DNA from: Raillietiella orientalis
Taxonomy: Eukaryota
Reading direction: 5' to 3'
Assembly (NCBI GenBank): GCA_036172245.1
Contig: JAYWIR010000024.1
Location: 744,001 to 808,000 of the forward strand
DNA length: 64,000 nucleotides
Shown here: positions 63,081-64,000 of the stretch, piece by piece
Position numbering within the stretch: position 1 is the stretch's first letter
Layout: every line of letters begins with the position of its first letter
Program-made: the position numbers and the translations under genes
Notes under the pieces: generated by a model
Told to the model about the DNA's origin: nothing
The model's database searches: none
The model's input: only the letters and a program-made list of their open reading frames with translations

Positions 63081-64000
63081 CTCGTCCGTCTGCGAGGCGG
63101 GTTGCATAGCAGAAAGATCCATCGTGCCGATTCGTTTGCTTCAGAAGACCGGTGAGCTTAGCAACAGGATACCATCGGAACTCGTGTTTGAAATGACTGC
63201 TCAGATAGGCTCTGTGTTTCCACGAGAAATACTTCCAACACCCTGACCATCCCTGGTTTCACGTTTCGAACGGGATGCAACACTTCATCCTGCTGCTTCT
63301 GCAGCTCCAAGAGTGTTGCAACAGAAAGTTTGAAAGGAGCCACAGAAGCTCTTGGATTCGCTGCCTTGTGCTGCTTGGGATTTTGGGGGAGGTAGGGTGG
63401 GGAGTAGGGGATCCTGCCTTCTACCATTTCTATATCGCTCATCAGCATAGTTCTACACTGACGCTTGAGACTTGTCCGATGGCACGTCCTTGGTGACAGC
63501 GGTGCTGTCAAATAGCACGTCCAGAAGACCTCATTCTCTCCGAGTGTTGAGGAAGAGTCCGTCTCTTTAATGAAGGGCTTTACTAATCTCTTTGGACGTC
63601 TAATGGTGAAGAGACGTTCGGGCAGTAGTTGCTTTGCAGTGCCAGCTGGTTCACAACGGCAGCAGACCAGTGCATGGTCTTCCAGACAGAAGTGCAATCA
63701 GGACAAGATCGTTCTGCAAGGTTGCCGCGACGTGAGTCTGAAGTGGATTCATCGATCGCACTTTGGTATCCAAGGAGGTTGCGAGCGGAGTGGAGATCGA
63801 ATACGCACACATGCACATTTCGAGTCTGCCAGAAGAGCCCAGCATCAACAAGAATTCAAGATCGACACTTTCTAGAGACCGACTTTCTCGTGTCGTCTCG
63901 GGTCCATCGTACGTCTTTCCTCTTCCTCTTTTTGATTTGGTGACTCTCCCATGCTCGACGCCTCACAAAAAGTGGCTTCCGAATTAGAGAACATTGAATT

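Noticed and set aside
63415..63460. Hammerhead ribozyme (CTGATGA...GAAA on the minus strand; similar motif at 29152)
   Set aside because: Stems II and III cannot be formed.

Overview
This is eukaryotic genomic DNA from an invertebrate, probably an arthropod. Genes are spliced with GT-AG introns, and most introns are only about 37-60 nt. The window has two sharply different halves. Bases 1 to about 37.5 kb are AT-rich, CpG-poor and packed with housekeeping genes: a BET bromodomain gene (Brd4/fs(1)h-like, +), TADA1 (-), EDEM3 (+), DDAH (-) and PLBD2 (-). From about 37.5 kb to 64 kb the sequence is GC- and CpG-rich and mostly decayed transposons: pogo/Tigger, hAT, an L1/Tx1-type LINE, and four copies of an unnamed ~0.5 kb repeat built from ~40-bp subunits. 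That half also holds a four-exon Ctr copper transporter (-) and a three-exon secreted Gly/Tyr/Pro-rich protein (+) that the ORF track does not assemble. The best leads are: the Ctr with Val in place of the normally essential pre-TM1 Met and no C-terminal HCH; intronic polyadenylation and candidate poison exons in the BET gene; the minisatellite-core dispersed repeat; the orphan secreted protein; and the compositional boundary. I found no CRISPR array, rRNA or tRNA, and no clearly new multi-gene system. All gene models were assembled by eye.
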